DNA from: Malacoraja senta
Lineage: Eukaryota
DNA: 64,000 nt
Direction of reading: 5' to 3'
NCBI GenBank assembly: GCA_038087875.1
Contig: JAXLNO010005813.1
Span: forward strand, 62,001 to 126,000
The translations under genes were made by a program, and so were the position numbers. Numbering within the stretch: the first letter of the stretch is position 1; each line of letters starts with the position of its first letter. The notes beneath the pieces were generated by a model. The model was given only the letters and a program-made list of their open reading frames with translations. It ran no database searches and was not told the DNA's origin. Shown piece after piece: positions 25,106 to 40,378 of the stretch.

Positions 25106-27721
25106 ATATAGTATTGAGATAATTGTCCAGTTGGTTATGTTTCTGCAAGTTTTATTTGGCATAGCTTATCTTGTTTTGGACTCCCTTGTACATAGCATGA
25201 TTGGGTGGAGTGGGCAAAATGGTATGATGGAGACACTTAAAATGTTAGAAAAATAATTAGGATTGATAACGAAGGAAAAAAAGGTTTCCTCAAATGAAGG
25301 AATAAAGGACAAGATAATACTACTCTTATAAATAGTGCAAGGTCATTCAGTAACAAATGCAGCAAATAAATCTTCAAACAAAGCATAGTGGAAGTCTGGA
25401 ACTCACTTCTAAAACATTGCAGCTGCTGGCTCATCTTAAATTTTCTGGCTGATAGATTTTTCTTCAATAAGGGTGGCACAGTGGTGCAGTGGTGGAGCTG
25501 CAGCCTCACATTGCCAGAGACCCAGGTTCGATCCTGACCACGGGTGCTGTCTGCGGAGAGTTTGTGCGTTCTCCCTGTGGCTGCATGGGTTTTCTTGGGG
25601 TGCTTTGGTATCTTCCCACACTTCAAAGACATGCAGGTTTGTAGGTTAATTGGCTGCTATAAAATGCCCCTAGTGAGTAGGATGCAAAAGTGGAATAACA
25701 TAGAACTAGCGTACGGGTGATCATTGGTCAGTGTGGACTCAGTTGGGCCCTGGGGCTTGTTTCCATGTTGTATCTCTAAACTAAAGTATATCAAAAGGTA
25801 TTGATAAAGGGCAGGAAATATGTGGTTTGAGATGGGGATGAGCAATTTGCTAAATGAACGATGAGGTAGGCTTAAGGGACTTACTGATCTATTCTAGCTC
25901 CCAATATAGACTTGAAAGAAATGTGTTCACCACAATACCATGAACAACAGTCAAAACTTTATTCTTATAGGTTGTGATGCCAAAATTCTTCTCAAGGTTG
26001 GGGGTTGGCAATGACTCATTTTGGTCAACTCACATTAAGTTATGTGTTTGTCTTTAAGACATATATTTCAAACTGACTTTTCCCACAAATATTTTCTAGT
26101 CAAGGACATAGGTTTCAAGAAGTTTCAAGTGGTTTCACGAAAATGAGTTGTTCATTTGTCAGGTGGTTATATGATTAAATAGTCAAATGGCTTTATTGCG
26201 CAGTGGTTCTTATTTTGCAGCTGTAAAGAAAAATTATTCAGAATGTTAGAAATTCAACATATTTCGTGAATTTCGTGAATAGAGAACATTGAAAACCGCA
26301 GAGGTACAATATTCTAAAAGCATCAGCTTCCAGTTATGCAAACCCACACCATGAATTATTACTTTGATGTGAAATATGAGTGTTTCACTCGCATTAATAT
26401 GATGCAGGGGCATTAACATTTTATTGAGAGCCATATTAATATGGGGCAACTTAAACAGCTGCACACTCAAGTCAAGATTTAAATATGATGCCTATATATA
26501 TTTTCCCAATGGCTCAGTTAAAGTCGACCCCATCCTTTGGAAGAGGGCATGACATTATCTTCTTTCTCATACATTTAGTGGAAGATGTGGGTTTCACTCA
26601 CAGTTCTTATGCCTGCAGAAGATGGAAATGTGTTTAGAAAATGAAGCAATTCACTTTCTAGCAACATAATTGCAGGACTGGCAATATCCATATTTCTGCA
26701 CTAAGTCTAGGCCTTGCAAATCATTGCCCAACACAGTGGCACAGTGATAGAGTTGCTGCCCCACAGCGCCAGAGACTTGGAGATAGACAAAAAAGGCTGG
26801 AGTAACTCAGCGGGTCAGACAGCATCCCTGGAGTAAAGAAATAGGTGACGTTTCGGGTCGAGACCCTCTTCGGACATGGGTTTGACCCTCTAGAGACCTG
26901 GGTTTGATCCTGACTATGGGTGCTGTCTGTACAGAGTTTGTACGTTCTCCCTGTGACCACATGAGTTTTCTCCAGGTGCCCTGGTTTTCTCCCACATTCC
27001 AAAGATGTGCAGGTTTGTAGATGAATTGTCTCCTGTAAATTATGTTCTGTTGGATAGAACCAGTGTATGGCATTGGTTGGTTGGTTGGCATGAACTTGGT
27101 GGACCGAATGGCCTGTTTCCACGATGTATCTCTAAACCAAACTAAACTAAAACAGTATAGCTTGAGTATCTTCATCAAAAGGATTCCAACAGTTCGAGGG
27201 TGATTAGGGATGCATATTGTGCAGGCTGGTTAGTAAATGCTGAGCTTACCAGCAGTGCTCACACATTGCAAAGGTACAGGTGTGGTATTTGTTGTGCTGC
27301 TGCAAGCAAGAACTTCATTCTTCTATCTGGGACACATGACAATAAAACATGCTTGACTCTTATTATTGCAATGGGCCAGGAAAGACAAAGGGCTGAGTTG
27401 CTGAAATTGTGCTGTTATCATTCTGATTCTTTGAAGTATTGGTGTTTATATAAGAATCTTTCTTGAATTCCAGGTTTTATATAATTCATCAAGTGCCTAG
27501 TGGACACTAATGTGCAACATGGAATTGACCGATGTTTACTACAAATTGCCACTAAACAAGCAAGCTGTAGGTTGAGCCGAATACATGCCAGTAATAAAAC
27601 AGACAAAGTACAAGTGGAGTGTGGAATGTAATTTGTGTACTTTTAGTTAAGCTATTTTTGAATGCAGGTTGAGTTAATCAGGTTGATGTAATCTATGTTA
27701 GATTCAGATCGTTATGTTAGA

Positions 27722-28365
27722 TTCATAGCAAAAGGATTTGAGTATAGGAGCAGGGAGGTTCTACTGCAGTTGTACAGGGTCTTGGTGAGACCACACCTGG
27801 AGTATTGCATACAGTTTTGGTCTCCTAATCTGAGGAAGGACATTCTTGCCATAGAGGGAGTACAGAGAAGGTTCACCAGACTGATTCCTGGGATGTCAGG
27901 ACTTACATATGAAGAAAGACTGGATAGACTCGGCTTGTACTCGCTAGAATTTAGAAGATTGAGGGGGGATCTGATAGAAACGTACAAAATTCTTAAGGGG
28001 TTGGACAGGCTAGATGCAGGAAGATTGTTCCCGATGTTGGGGAAGTCCAGAACAAGGGGTCACGGTTTAAGGATAAAGGGGAAATCTTTTAGGACTGAGA
28101 TGAGAAAAACATTTTTCACACAGAGAGTGGTGAATCTCTGGAACTCTCTGCCACAGAAGGTAGTTGAGGCCAGTTCATTAGCTATATTTAAGAGGGAGTT
28201 AGATGTGGCCCTTGTGGCTAAAGGGATCAGGGGGTATGGAGAGAAAGCAGGTACAGGATACTGAGTTGGATGATCAGCCATGATCATATTGAATGGCGGT
28301 GCAGGCTCGAAGGGCCGAATGGCCTACTCCTGCACCTATTGTCTATATTTCTATGTTTCTATGTT
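27722..28365 (+). mobile_element. Mirror copy of the young CR1 3' fragment
   Basis: ORF 27695..28264; (TTTCTATG)n tail. Confidence 0.95.
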
Positions 28366-31300
28366 ATCCCAGGTTGCTACGAGAGTTGCACGGGACAAGA
28401 TAGCTGGGGCCGAGAGGTAGAGTTTTGCATCTTTGTTAACGAGATTGGATTTTACCCAATATTATTATTTTATGCAGGAAATGTGGCAGAGGTAACATTT
28501 ATATACTATATCAATATTATGCATGTCGTAAATAGGTATATTTACTATACCACTCAGGAATGTTGATGAACAGAGGAATCTTGGGGGTTCAAGTCTATAG
28601 TTGCTAGAAAGTATCAACAAAGATAGATTGGGCGGTGAAGAAGTCATTGTCATGCTTCTCTTCATAAGTCAAGGCACAGAATATAAAAGTTGGGACATTA
28701 TCTTGCAACTTTACAGAACATTGGTTAGACTGCACTTGGAGTATTGAGTGAAGTTCTGGTTACCACACTATATGAAGGATATGATTTTTTTTCTCGAGAG
28801 AGAGTGCAGAGGAGATTCACTACAATGTGGCCCAGATCAGAGGCCTTGAATTATGAGAAAAAGATTGGATAGGCTAGGCGTGTCAGAACATTTTGCCTAC
28901 AACGAAGGGGAGCAAAGTGCTTATGTGGACAGACACTGCAGTGCATTTGCTAGGTTGCTTGAACAGCAACTGGATAAAGTACTATTTAATCTGATTTTGA
29001 TGTTGTTGGTTGTGTGGAGAACATTAGCTAATCCACTGGGAAAACTCCTCACGCTCAAGATAGATTTATGCAGTAAGGCGTGAACCTATTACTTTTCTGC
29101 TACTATCTAATCTAGTTTGGTGCTTATAAGATAATTTAAGGCATGCAATTGTGACATTATCAATATAAGTCTCATGGTAAATAATAATCCAATATTAGTT
29201 ATCATGATATCACTGTTATTATCTGATAAAATTATGCTTCCTTGTCGAATTACTTCAAGCAGCCACAGCTAACCAAAATAAAATACATCTAACAGGGGTT
29301 ACATTGGCTAACTCCATTATGCAGTGCAAGATTAGCCCATGTCCATTCATTACAATGCAGGATATTCACTGATAACATTTCCTCTGGAGGAGGAGGAAGG
29401 AGGAGGAAGCTCAAGGATCTCAAATGTAAATTTGCTCCCCATGGATGAGTTGCTGATGACCATCGTCAATGAGCAATGGGCCAAATACTTGACTGGTTAG
29501 CACTACCGTAAGATAATCCACACCTCTTAAAAGGGAAAACGTATTGTGACTGCAAATAATGGCAGGAGTATTTTGAGTCTGGACTGCAATATAATAGAGG
29601 CATGGTTGAACCATAGAGGGGGCCGAGGCAACATTACCATTTTTTGACAATGCATGTTAGAGGTTGTGGTTCAAGACACAGGTAGCATATCCATGTGACT
29701 GCTGCAGGTTGTTGGGTGAGTGTTCTAGGACTGCCCTTGAAGCAGCGGGATCAGGTGGTCAGGAACACTTTGACTTTATCTGGTCCCCCGGTCATCTGGA
29801 AACCTCAGAATAGTCAGAACCAAAAGCTCACAGAGGACAGATACTGAGGACAGTCCCAAGGTTAATTATATTTTGTGTGCATTTATAATAATTGGATTTA
29901 TAAAGACTGATTGGATTAGGTATTTTCTGGGCTTTTTTTTCTGAATGTGACTTTGCAAAGGATTTGGCGAGATCGAGAAAAGGTAAGTCATGCAGCATTG
30001 ATGGCGAATCAAAGGTTATGGGGGAGGTTGTTGGTTCTGCTTTTTAATTATTTGAGAATGGGATTAAAGAGGCTACAGCTTGCACTTCCCATCCCCTTCC
30101 CATGCCGCCACTTACTGTGTAAGAAAGAACTGCAGATGCTGGTTTAAATCGAAGGGAGACGCAAAATACTGGAGTAACTCAGCGGGTGTGGCTGAAAGAG
30201 AAGGAATGGGCAACGTTTTGGGTCGAGAAGATGGGTCTCGCCCAGAAATGTCACCCATTCCTTCTCTCCAAAGATGCTGCCATGCCTGCCACTTACTGTG
30301 ATATTTTCTCCTACTTCATCAATTCCTTCTGCTCTTCTAACTTGTTCTGAGCAGCATTACGCCTGCCTGGTGGACAGCAACTAACATACTGCTAGAGATC
30401 TTCATACCTGTTGAGTTGAGGAGAATGATGCAGCCCATGGAAGTGTTGTTTGTGGATGTCAGTAGCATATTGGCCTTTGTGGCAGCAAAACTTTCCTCGT
30501 TGGCCTGTTGTGCTCCTGTGAATCTGATTTAAGAGCTTTGTCAGTAAACTCTTATCAGCAGTCAGTCATCTAGTGGCCCACCAAGTCTACATCAACCATC
30601 GATCACCCGTTTACGCCAGTTATATGTTATCCTTCTTTCTTGTCCACTTCCTACACATTAGGGGCATTTTATAGAGGCCAATTAACCTACAAACCCGCAC
30701 GTCTTTGGGATATGGGAGGAAACCAGAGCACCTGGATGAAGTCAATGCAGTCATAGGGAGAACATGCAAACAGCAATCAGATAGTACCCGAGGTCAAGTT
30801 CGAACCCGGGTCTCTGGCGCTGTGAGGAAGCAACTTTACCAGCTGTGCGACCATGCAAGGTTATTGGCAGTAAGACTGCTAGAGAATAAAGGAATCATTA
30901 GTGAAATCTTTCTCTACATAAAAGTGATCTTTCCCAGATGAAGTATTCATCGGCAGTATGTATGCAGTTACCCAGGAGTAGTCTTCAATCTCTGCAACCC
31001 ATGCTCACTTGGTACTCTATGACACAAGAGAATGGGACAAGACTATCTTTATGCACAATGAAGGTCAATGACATCTTCATTACAGACTGCAGGTTCTGGC
31101 TTGTGGCTCGAACAGATGATCCAGGTGTACGAAGGTCACACTGGCGATGATCCTTGCCTGCCATAAGTTTGGTGTTGTGGCCTCACATCTTTTAAGAGCT
31201 TAGATCATCTGTGGCTGAACATCTGACAATTATACTGTTGCAAATCTTTAACGTACAACCGAAGCTGGCACACGGTATCAGATATTCAAACACGATAGCA

Positions 31301-34300
31301 GCATATTGCAAAAACAATGCAGATTTCTCCGTCGTGTACCTTTTCTCCTTGGAGACGATTGGGAATAATATTGAAAAATAGCAAAGAATTGGAAGGCAGT
31401 GAAAAAAATAGAACCTTTGCGGTCTTTATTTTAATGCACGTAGCATTTGTAATAAGGAAGATGAATTGACAGCACAGATAGCACCGTGTGTATATGATTT
31501 AATAGTCATTATAGGGACAGTTGCTGGAAGACCACAACTAGCTCAATATTCCAGGCTGTATAATGTTTCCAAAGAACAATGTTCCCAAAGGGGAAAGGAG
31601 GTGGGATAGTGTTGTTATCAAGAGAGGTATCGGAATGGTTTTGTATTATCGAATGGAGGTGGTGAATAGCAATATAGACTTGGTTTTAGTTGAAATCATG
31701 AATAAAAGTGGAAAGGAAATATGGTGCAGGTGGGCTTTAACCTTTTGATAGGGTAGAGCATAAATGGGGAGATATCTAGGACCTGTTTGCAAGGAACTGC
31801 AATATTCATGCAATATTCATGAGAGATTTTAATCCACATATTGACTGGATGAATCAAATTGCCAAGAGTATCATAGCAGAACGTGGAGGGGTGATCTTAT
31901 GGCGGTGTATAAAATCATGAGAGGAATAGATCGGGTATACACATAGAGTCTCTTGCCCAGAGCAGGGAAATCGAGAACCAAAGGGCATAGGTTTAAGGTG
32001 AAGGAGGAAAGATTCTATAAGCATCTTAGGGGTAACTTTTTCATACAAAGGGTGGTGGGTGTATGGAATGAGCTGCCAGAGGAGGTAGTTGAGGCAGGGA
32101 CTATTGCAATGTTTAAGAAGCAATTAGACAGGTACATAGATAGTGTAGGAAAGAACTGCAGATGCTGGTTTAAATCGAAGGTAGACACAAAATGCTGGTG
32201 TAACTCAGTGGGACAGGCAGCATCTCTGGAGAGAAGGAATGGGTGACGTTTCGGGTCGAGACCCTTCTTCAGACTGAATACATAGATAGGACAGGTTTAG
32301 AGGGATATGGGCCAAACACAGGCAAATGGGACTACTGTGGATGGGACATGTTGGTTGGTGTGGGCAGGTTAGGGGGAAGGGCCTGTTTTCACACCATATG
32401 ACTATGACTCTATTACCAAGTGTGTCTGAGATAAAAAATGTAGGGCCAGAGATTTAGAAAAGTATGGCTTGTTGTGATGAGGACATTATGATTCTACAAA
32501 GAGACATAGATAGATTGAGTGATTGGACAAAAACGTGGCAAATGATGTTGATTACGAGGAAGTGAGGTTATGGACCTTGATAAGAGGTATGGAAAATAAG
32601 ATTATTACCTAAATTGAAAGATACTGAAAATGAGCGATGTTTTGAGAGATATAGAGGTTCTTCTGCATGAATCACAAAAAGTTTGTCGGCAGGTCCTTAA
32701 GAAGACAAATGGTTTGTTTGGCTCGATTCAGGGGTATGGAGTTTAAGAACAGGGAGATTTTGTTATGGTTGTACAATGTGTTGGTGAGGTCACCTGGAAC
32801 ACTTGTTTTTTGCTCACCTCACCTAAACAAAGATAGAGTCTGTAATAAAGATGTCATCCCCACCACTAACTGCATCTAGATTACCCCAGCACTTTAAGGG
32901 GAGCTATCCAATCATGATGAATTGTCTGTGGGTAAATGTCCAGCAGATAGACACAAATTGCTGGGAATAACTCAGCGGGTCAGGCAGCATCTCTGGATAG
33001 AAGGAATAGGCGATGTTTTGGGTTGAGACCTTTCTTCAGACTGGTAAAGGTCCTGTCAATGAAAGGTTGTACCTAAGTCCAAGATATCAGGAGGCAGCAC
33101 CAATGTATTGCCTGCAACTGAAGTAAAGACAATGGGTTAATCATGAACCCTAACCCCTACGGCATTTTTTTTACAACAATAAATGTATTTAACTCAACTT
33201 AAATCTCATTTTGTGATTGTAAATATCTCCACCTTAGTAACTTACATGAGGGGATATTGTATCTATTACTTTAACCTAAGAACTTGGACTGTCCAGTCTG
33301 CTGGTATTCACTTCACTGAGACAATCCTATGTCCTGGGTGCAGACCTAGGAAAATTTCCCCCCAGATCAGATGAAATATTTTTTCAGCTGTTTTCCAAAG
33401 CCCAGCGGTCTATATTTCTCAATCCTTTACCTTATCCTCTCGTAGTCTATTTGTTTCCATCTTCTCTGGTTGCTTTAACTTACCTCTTTACAGTTATTTT
33501 TCTCTGGCACAAGTCTGGAACTGAAATCTGGTTCTGATGACAGTTTGGTTTCTGTGTTGGCTAAGGGAGAAATTTGCAAATGTAATTCAGATACCGATCT
33601 GATTCAAATTCCTTTGAGAACACAAATGCTTCTTTTCTCTTCTTCACTGTCATAAAGAGCTTTACTCATTAAATTCAGCATCAGCAGAATACAAAATGGC
33701 AGGGACCAGATGACTGAACATTCACCAATAGACTCTGGCTTCAGTCCTTACTTCCTATATTTATCTGACTACACTCCAGCCCAATTACAATTACATTTCA
33801 AAATCTCAGGGGACAGACCAAATCTTTAAATTAATACCTGGTGTATCTTCTTCACCTTTGCATGAACACTGTATTCTTAGTCTACAAAGCCCATTATGAA
33901 AAGTACAAGAGCGTGACAATGTACAGAAGAGAACTGACAAAATTCCCATGTTTCTTACTGGTTGCAAATGACATTTGCCACTTTAGTATTGCATTATGCT
34001 AATTGAGATTTTTGCAGCAATTCTGAAATAATGATTAAGAACTGAAACATTTCTGGAAGGACAATATTTATATTTCAATTTTACTCCTGCAATTGGGAAG
34101 AAGGTATAGGAGCCTAAAAACTGTATTGTCAGGTTCAGGGGCAGCTTTTTCCTAACAACCATCAGGCTATTAAACACTATAGCCTTCAAGTAGGCTCTGA
34201 ATAACATAGACTTGCTGGCATTATTTTTTACTTTGCACTATTTTTGTTTGTTTGTTTGTTTGTTTTATAATTATATATTTATATACTGAGCATTTTTTGT

Positions 34301-37300
34301 AATTTATTATGGGTTTTACAGAGTGCTATGTTTATATGTCTTAAGTGATAGGAACAGAATTATGTCATTCGGCCCATCAAGTCTACTCTGCCTCTCTGTC
34401 CTAACCCCATTCTCCTGCCTACTCCCCATAACCCCTGACATCTGTTGTGCTGCTGCAAGTGAGAATTTCATTGTTCCATTTCTGGACATATGACAATAAA
34501 ACACTTTTGATTAATCTTGACTCTTGAGTGTTTATTGCCCTTAATCTCACTGACATCAAAGCCAAATAGTAACTTGCAAACAAGTACAATCAGGGGATCT
34601 GGCAAAATAATGTTTGAGGTGAACTCCCTGGGTGCTCTTGATGTTTGGACCTTCAACTTATGACGTACAATGAGTCATTTTTTGAATCCATATCCCTAAT
34701 GGGGACCTTACCCTTACAACGAGAAATCAGAGACTCTGGCCATGATTCACCATTCCCACCGATGAGTGTATGCTGGACATCAAGCTGGTCTCTGTAAATT
34801 ATCTCAAATTGTGTAGGTGCATTACCAGGATGATATCTATGTTACGCTCTTTTTGTAATTTACCACTTTAAATACATTTTCGCATAACACTTATTTTAAT
34901 CATGAAATGAACTGCAAATTTACCTGTATATACCTTATTCTCAAATTACACAATAGATTTACAATCAGTAAATCTGTATTACATCTGTTCCGGCAGTGGG
35001 TGGTAAGCTTGACAAAGGACAAAAAAAAACCTTAAAGCAGAAATTTCAAAGGGTTGTGTCAACAAACCATGCATTTTGCAATATCATTGAATTTCACCAG
35101 ATGTGCCATCAGTTGCTGTTCACCTATTATTCACCTCATTACCGGTTTCAGTTTATATTCTTTCCTGTTAATTGCTACCTTCCATATTATATTCCAATAT
35201 CTGCTTTGATAGCTATATGTAATAAAATATTCAGTGTTTTAATAACTTTTCATCCTAAAATTTCCTCAGGCTTCTGTTTTCTTTTGGATGTCAATTCAGA
35301 TTATTTGCTATCTTTGCAAATATCCCTCTGCTATTTACCCTTGCAAAACATTTTTATATTTGAAAATCTAACTTAATCTTTTCTGTTTCAGTGCAACGAG
35401 AAAGAATTTTATCATCTGTGCTTTCTTTGCTGTGTATCTTTGCCCCTTCCTTGTTCCTGTATCTTTTCTCTCAAGGATTCATGCAATGTTAATCAACAAT
35501 TGCAGCAATGTTCCAGCCAGTGTTTTCAGGGGCCCGCTGTCCCACGTTTTGGCCTAATTTCCAGCTCCATTTACAACCATTGTGTTTGCCATATCTCTTC
35601 TCAACTTTCTGGACCACAATTAATTGAATTTCAATGTTTCTACAAAAGCCGGGCATCAGTATCGATGACACATTTGGGCCTCCAGTGCCTATCCCTCGAC
35701 AATATAGCAGTCTTCTCCTGGAGCGATTTGCATCTTCCCTTCTTCCTGAAGAAAGTATTTCTATTCAGTAGGGATCTGAGAAGATCACCAAAGATTGGGT
35801 TTGCCTGTGAGAGATGGCAATGTGGAAAAGATCATATCACACTTCAATTTGCAAGAGAAAGTTGGTACTAATTGAACTGATCCTTAAAGGCCAAATGTTA
35901 CTGGTCTCCTGTGTCTTCTCAGTTACATACATTTTTGGTAACAGGATTATTTTGCGTGAGGCAGACAATATTGCGTCTGTTTTTCTGACTGTCAGGAAAC
36001 TCGCTGTTACCCGAGGAGAGCAGCTACAATTTCACTGCACAGTTCTTAGGAAATTTCAACCTAGAAAAAAAATCAGCACTTCTTTCGTATTTTTCCATTG
36101 AGAGCTCTTCAGGTTTTTCAAATATTTTAACTCCTCAGTTTTCTGTTTTCTTTGAAATAAAGCACTATGCATACTTTCCATGAACTAAATTCACAGGTGG
36201 TTCAGATAAAAGCCCCATGTGATGGTGAACCGTTCAAATCAGGAATGTCCCCAGTTCACTTCTTGTCAGCATGACTCAACCTTCAGCTTTCGTGTTCACT
36301 TCTGGGTCAAATTTTATGATTAATTCCCAGCCCTGAGATTTGCACACATCATCCAGGCTGACTTTCTGGTACAGTATTGAGACATTCTGCGCTGTCATAT
36401 GGTTGAGATATAAATCTCTGGTCTGTTCTATCACCTAAGGAGATATAAAATATCCTAAAGTGACAAAATGAATTACAGATGCTAGTCTACACAAAAAAAC
36501 ACACAAAGTGCTGGAGTAACTCGGCAGATCAAGCAGCATCTCTGGAGGACATGGATTGTTGATGTTTTGAGTCTGAAGACGGGGCCCAATCTGAAATGTC
36601 CCTATCCAGGTTCTCCAGAGTTGCTGTCTGACCTGCTGAGTTTTTCCAGAACTTTGGGGGTTTTTTAAATCCTAAAACACTGTTTGGGAAAATTAAGTAG
36701 GGTGTTCACTTTGGTGTTATCACCCAAAATTCATCCTTCATCTATCACTGTTAAATACAAATAATCTGATCATTATAAGAACATAGAATATAGAAATATA
36801 CAGAACAGGAACAGGCTCTTCAGCCCACAATATCTGTGCCAAACATGATGCTAAATTCAACTAATCTCATCAGCCTGCACATGATCCATATCCCTCCATT
36901 CCCTGCTGTTTTCACTGTTCACTGATTTCACTGAAGCCTTTTCTTATAAATTATGCACTTCATGTGAAAGTACTTCATTAGCTACCTAATACCCAAAAAC
37001 TGAATTTTAGTATGTTAAACAGTCTTTGCATTTCAGGTTACACTGAACTGGGTCCCATGTGAAATGGAGCAATTAACCAAAAAGGAAATGAAAAATATTG
37101 GCGCAGTCTCTGCCTAGTAGCGTCTACTAAAATGGAACCTTTAATTCCGTGGTTCCGAACAGGATGGGGTTCATTGAAACAGCTTCAAATAACCTATTGC
37201 ACAGCAACCTAAGACAGGCATCAGCCCTAAATGGCACATTTACCTTTCCAGCCAGATACCAACAACTAGCACAAAAACTGCCATGGAGCAGAGAGAGAAA

Positions 37301-40300
37301 GAGTTTTCATGGAAAGAGGCATTGATGTCCAAAGAACTGAGATGCATGTCCTGAGGGAGAGTCTGTGTACCAAGACGATCCAGTGGGAAGTTCCTGGCAG
37401 GAAATGGTTCCAGATGTTCTCTCCAGCTGTGAGAATCCAAACTCATTTAAGCAAAGCAAAAATAAATTGCTAATCCTCACAAGAAATATCATGATCATCT
37501 CACACCACCAATGACAATTGTAGCGTATGATTAGATTAGGAATTCATTGACTGGTGTGTTAGGACCAGTGCAGGTGAATGTGCAAAGGAGTTGGAGTATA
37601 TGCATCATCTGGTCTCGCTCTCTGATTATTGATGAGCTATGTGGTTATTAAGGACTGCATTATGGATTTGGTCCATTTGTCTGGATTGAAGACAATGATT
37701 TAGCAGGGTCTTCTCTCTGGGAGTTCCTTATTGCCCATGTCATCATTGCCTCTCTCCTCGGGAGTACAGGAGATGAGGCTGATGTTCTGCAATGACTTTG
37801 CCTGGTAGTTTTCTCCATCCTCTTGCTCCTGTACCTCGTCCTGCTCTTCGGACACGGACTTGTGTTCCTGCTGTTCCATGCTGTTCTTCTGAAGAACTGC
37901 AGTTCAGTCTAAAGAAAGGTCTTGACCCGAAACGTCTCCCACTCCTTCTCTCCAGAGATGGTGCCTGTCCCACTGAGTCACTCCAAGATGTTGTGTCCAT
38001 GCTGTTCTTCATCTGGCGAGGTGTGTAATCTGGACTTGGCAAACAGAGCATTGCACAACAGATAGTCATGAAAACTCTGTGGCTGCAGGATGTAAAACTC
38101 CAGGACATTCCTGCCTGATTCATTGCAGAACCTTATTTTGACACAACAGCAGGACTGCCATTATAATGTTTAAAAAGGAACTGCAGATGCTTGAAAAATC
38201 GAAGGTAGATAAAAATGCTGGAGAAACTCAGCGGGTGAGGCAGCGTCTATGGAGTCTGAAGAAGGGTCTCGACCCAAAACATCACCTATTCCTTCGCTCC
38301 ATAGATGCTGCCTCACCCGCTGAGTTTCTCCAGCATTTTTATCTACCATTATAATGTTGGTACTCTTGTGCTTTTGTTGCCCAACTACAACAGCTGCATT
38401 TGGAAAGTGCATTAGATTGAGGACTATGGACTTGGAAGTAGTCCTTATCCCCCAGGATTCATCCATATGGGCAATGCTGGCAGTTTGGTGTTCCTGACCA
38501 CAAAGTTACCTATGCATTCACCAAAAACTGAACATAAATGATCAAGGAACTCTTCTCATGATTCACATCAGAAAAGGCAGGGGGCGGTAATGATTCCTGT
38601 TAAGGAAAGATTTGGGTTATTTGGGGGAATTTTTGTGTGCGCATTACAGTGGTCAATGATTGTTGGCACTCATGGAAAGTCTGCAGGCTGGCCCACTCTA
38701 GTACCCGCAATGCCACCAGCACCTCAAAGTAGAGAGGCTCAGTTGGGCCACCTGTCGTCGAGCTGGTTCTTAGCTCCAGTGACTTGGCATTCATTCTGAC
38801 CTCAAATGCTCTCTGTGAACAGTTTGCAGGTTGTCCTTGTCATTGCTTCAATTGTGATCAAGTTTTGTCCTCATCCCATTGACATCCTGGTTGTTAAGGC
38901 TAATTGTGATTAGAAATTGTCCCACATGTGGGTGGGTGATAGGTGATCCAGGAGGGAAAAATGGGCAAATGTGAGAGGGAATAATTTGCAAGGAATTAAC
39001 GTAGGAAATGGGAATGATAAGATACCATAATTCCCTTACTTCCATATCCTTCTCACTAGTAAATACAGATGAGAAGTATACATTTAGGACTACTCCGTCT
39101 CCTTTTACTGCACACATTAATGCCACACTGATTCTTAAGGATAATATACTATATCTTAGCAAGGAAGTGAAGATACCTGTATTTGGAAATATAGCAAATT
39201 CTTCAGGAAAGCTGTGGAAATTGCTTATTCATTAACGTGGAATAGTGTTTGGTAAAAATCAGGTTGATTCTTCAAGAAGACACAATCTGTCACCCAATCA
39301 CACTGAAATATTGCTTTTGAAGTAATTGGAGGTCTTGAAACAGATCCCTAGATAACCCTCCATGAGTCAGCTGGAAAAGTAACATCAGAGAGAGAAACAT
39401 TTGCACATTTATATTCTCCAAACAAATCCAATAATTTCCAAGTAAAACAAAAAAAGTCTCAACATAATTCAACACTTATTGCTCCCATGCCAGTCGAGGG
39501 TCAGAAGCAAACAAACTACTTTGGAAAATCCTTTGCATGTTTGATAAAATGGTTCCACTTAAGCCGTTGCAAAGGTATTTCTGTCAATCTTTCATTCATC
39601 AGACCACTCAAAAAGCATTATAAGCACAGATCAGGTTGAATAGTTGAGTTTCTATGACAGAATAAGTGCTCAGAGCACTTGCGTAATTCTATATCTGAAA
39701 TAGAATATTTCAAGGGTTTTTTTGTCGCTTAGGAAGTAATTTATTACATGCTGCCTGTAACTGAGAAGAGTGTCTTAACCTGGCCTGCTTTCCTAATATT
39801 TTGTATTCGTAACTCCAGATTCTGACAATGTTATTTATACAAAGCTTTTGCTGTATGATCTCAGTGCACCCCTTTCTTTTCTCCATGTAGTTTTACCATC
39901 AGAATTATTTTTTTAACCTTCATCTGACCACTGGGTGCCTGTTAAAACATCGATCCTCTCTGAAAGCATTCTATTCTTTACCACTTGTCCTGACAAACAT
40001 GCCCTTGAATCATATGAGAGAACTGTCTGTAATCCTTGATTACTGGCTTTCTTGCCATTGTTGTGTTCACTGGGGTGACATTAGGTCTTGGAGAATGAAT
40101 AATTACATAGCTTGTGTCAGACAAATGTACAAGTATATCACAGTTAGAATTGATTGCTCCACCTCTCCTTCAACAATATTCTTCAACCTCGTTATTCAAA
40201 ATTTCCCGCTCTTCTCACGGGTTCTATTTTCACTTTCCTCACTCCGACCACGCCTTGGTCTTCATTGTGAGATGTCCTACACTGAAGGACACTTATGAAA

Positions 40301-40339
40301 CACTTATTTTTTTCAATAATCTAATGGTTTTTGTTGGAG

Positions 40340-40345
<6 letters not shown>

Positions 40346-40378
<33 letters not shown>

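Noticed and set aside
25471-25545. tRNA-like A/B boxes (also at 56856 and 61157)
   Set aside because: They are heads of V-SINEs followed by the V domain and CR1-derived tail; no complete cloverleaf.
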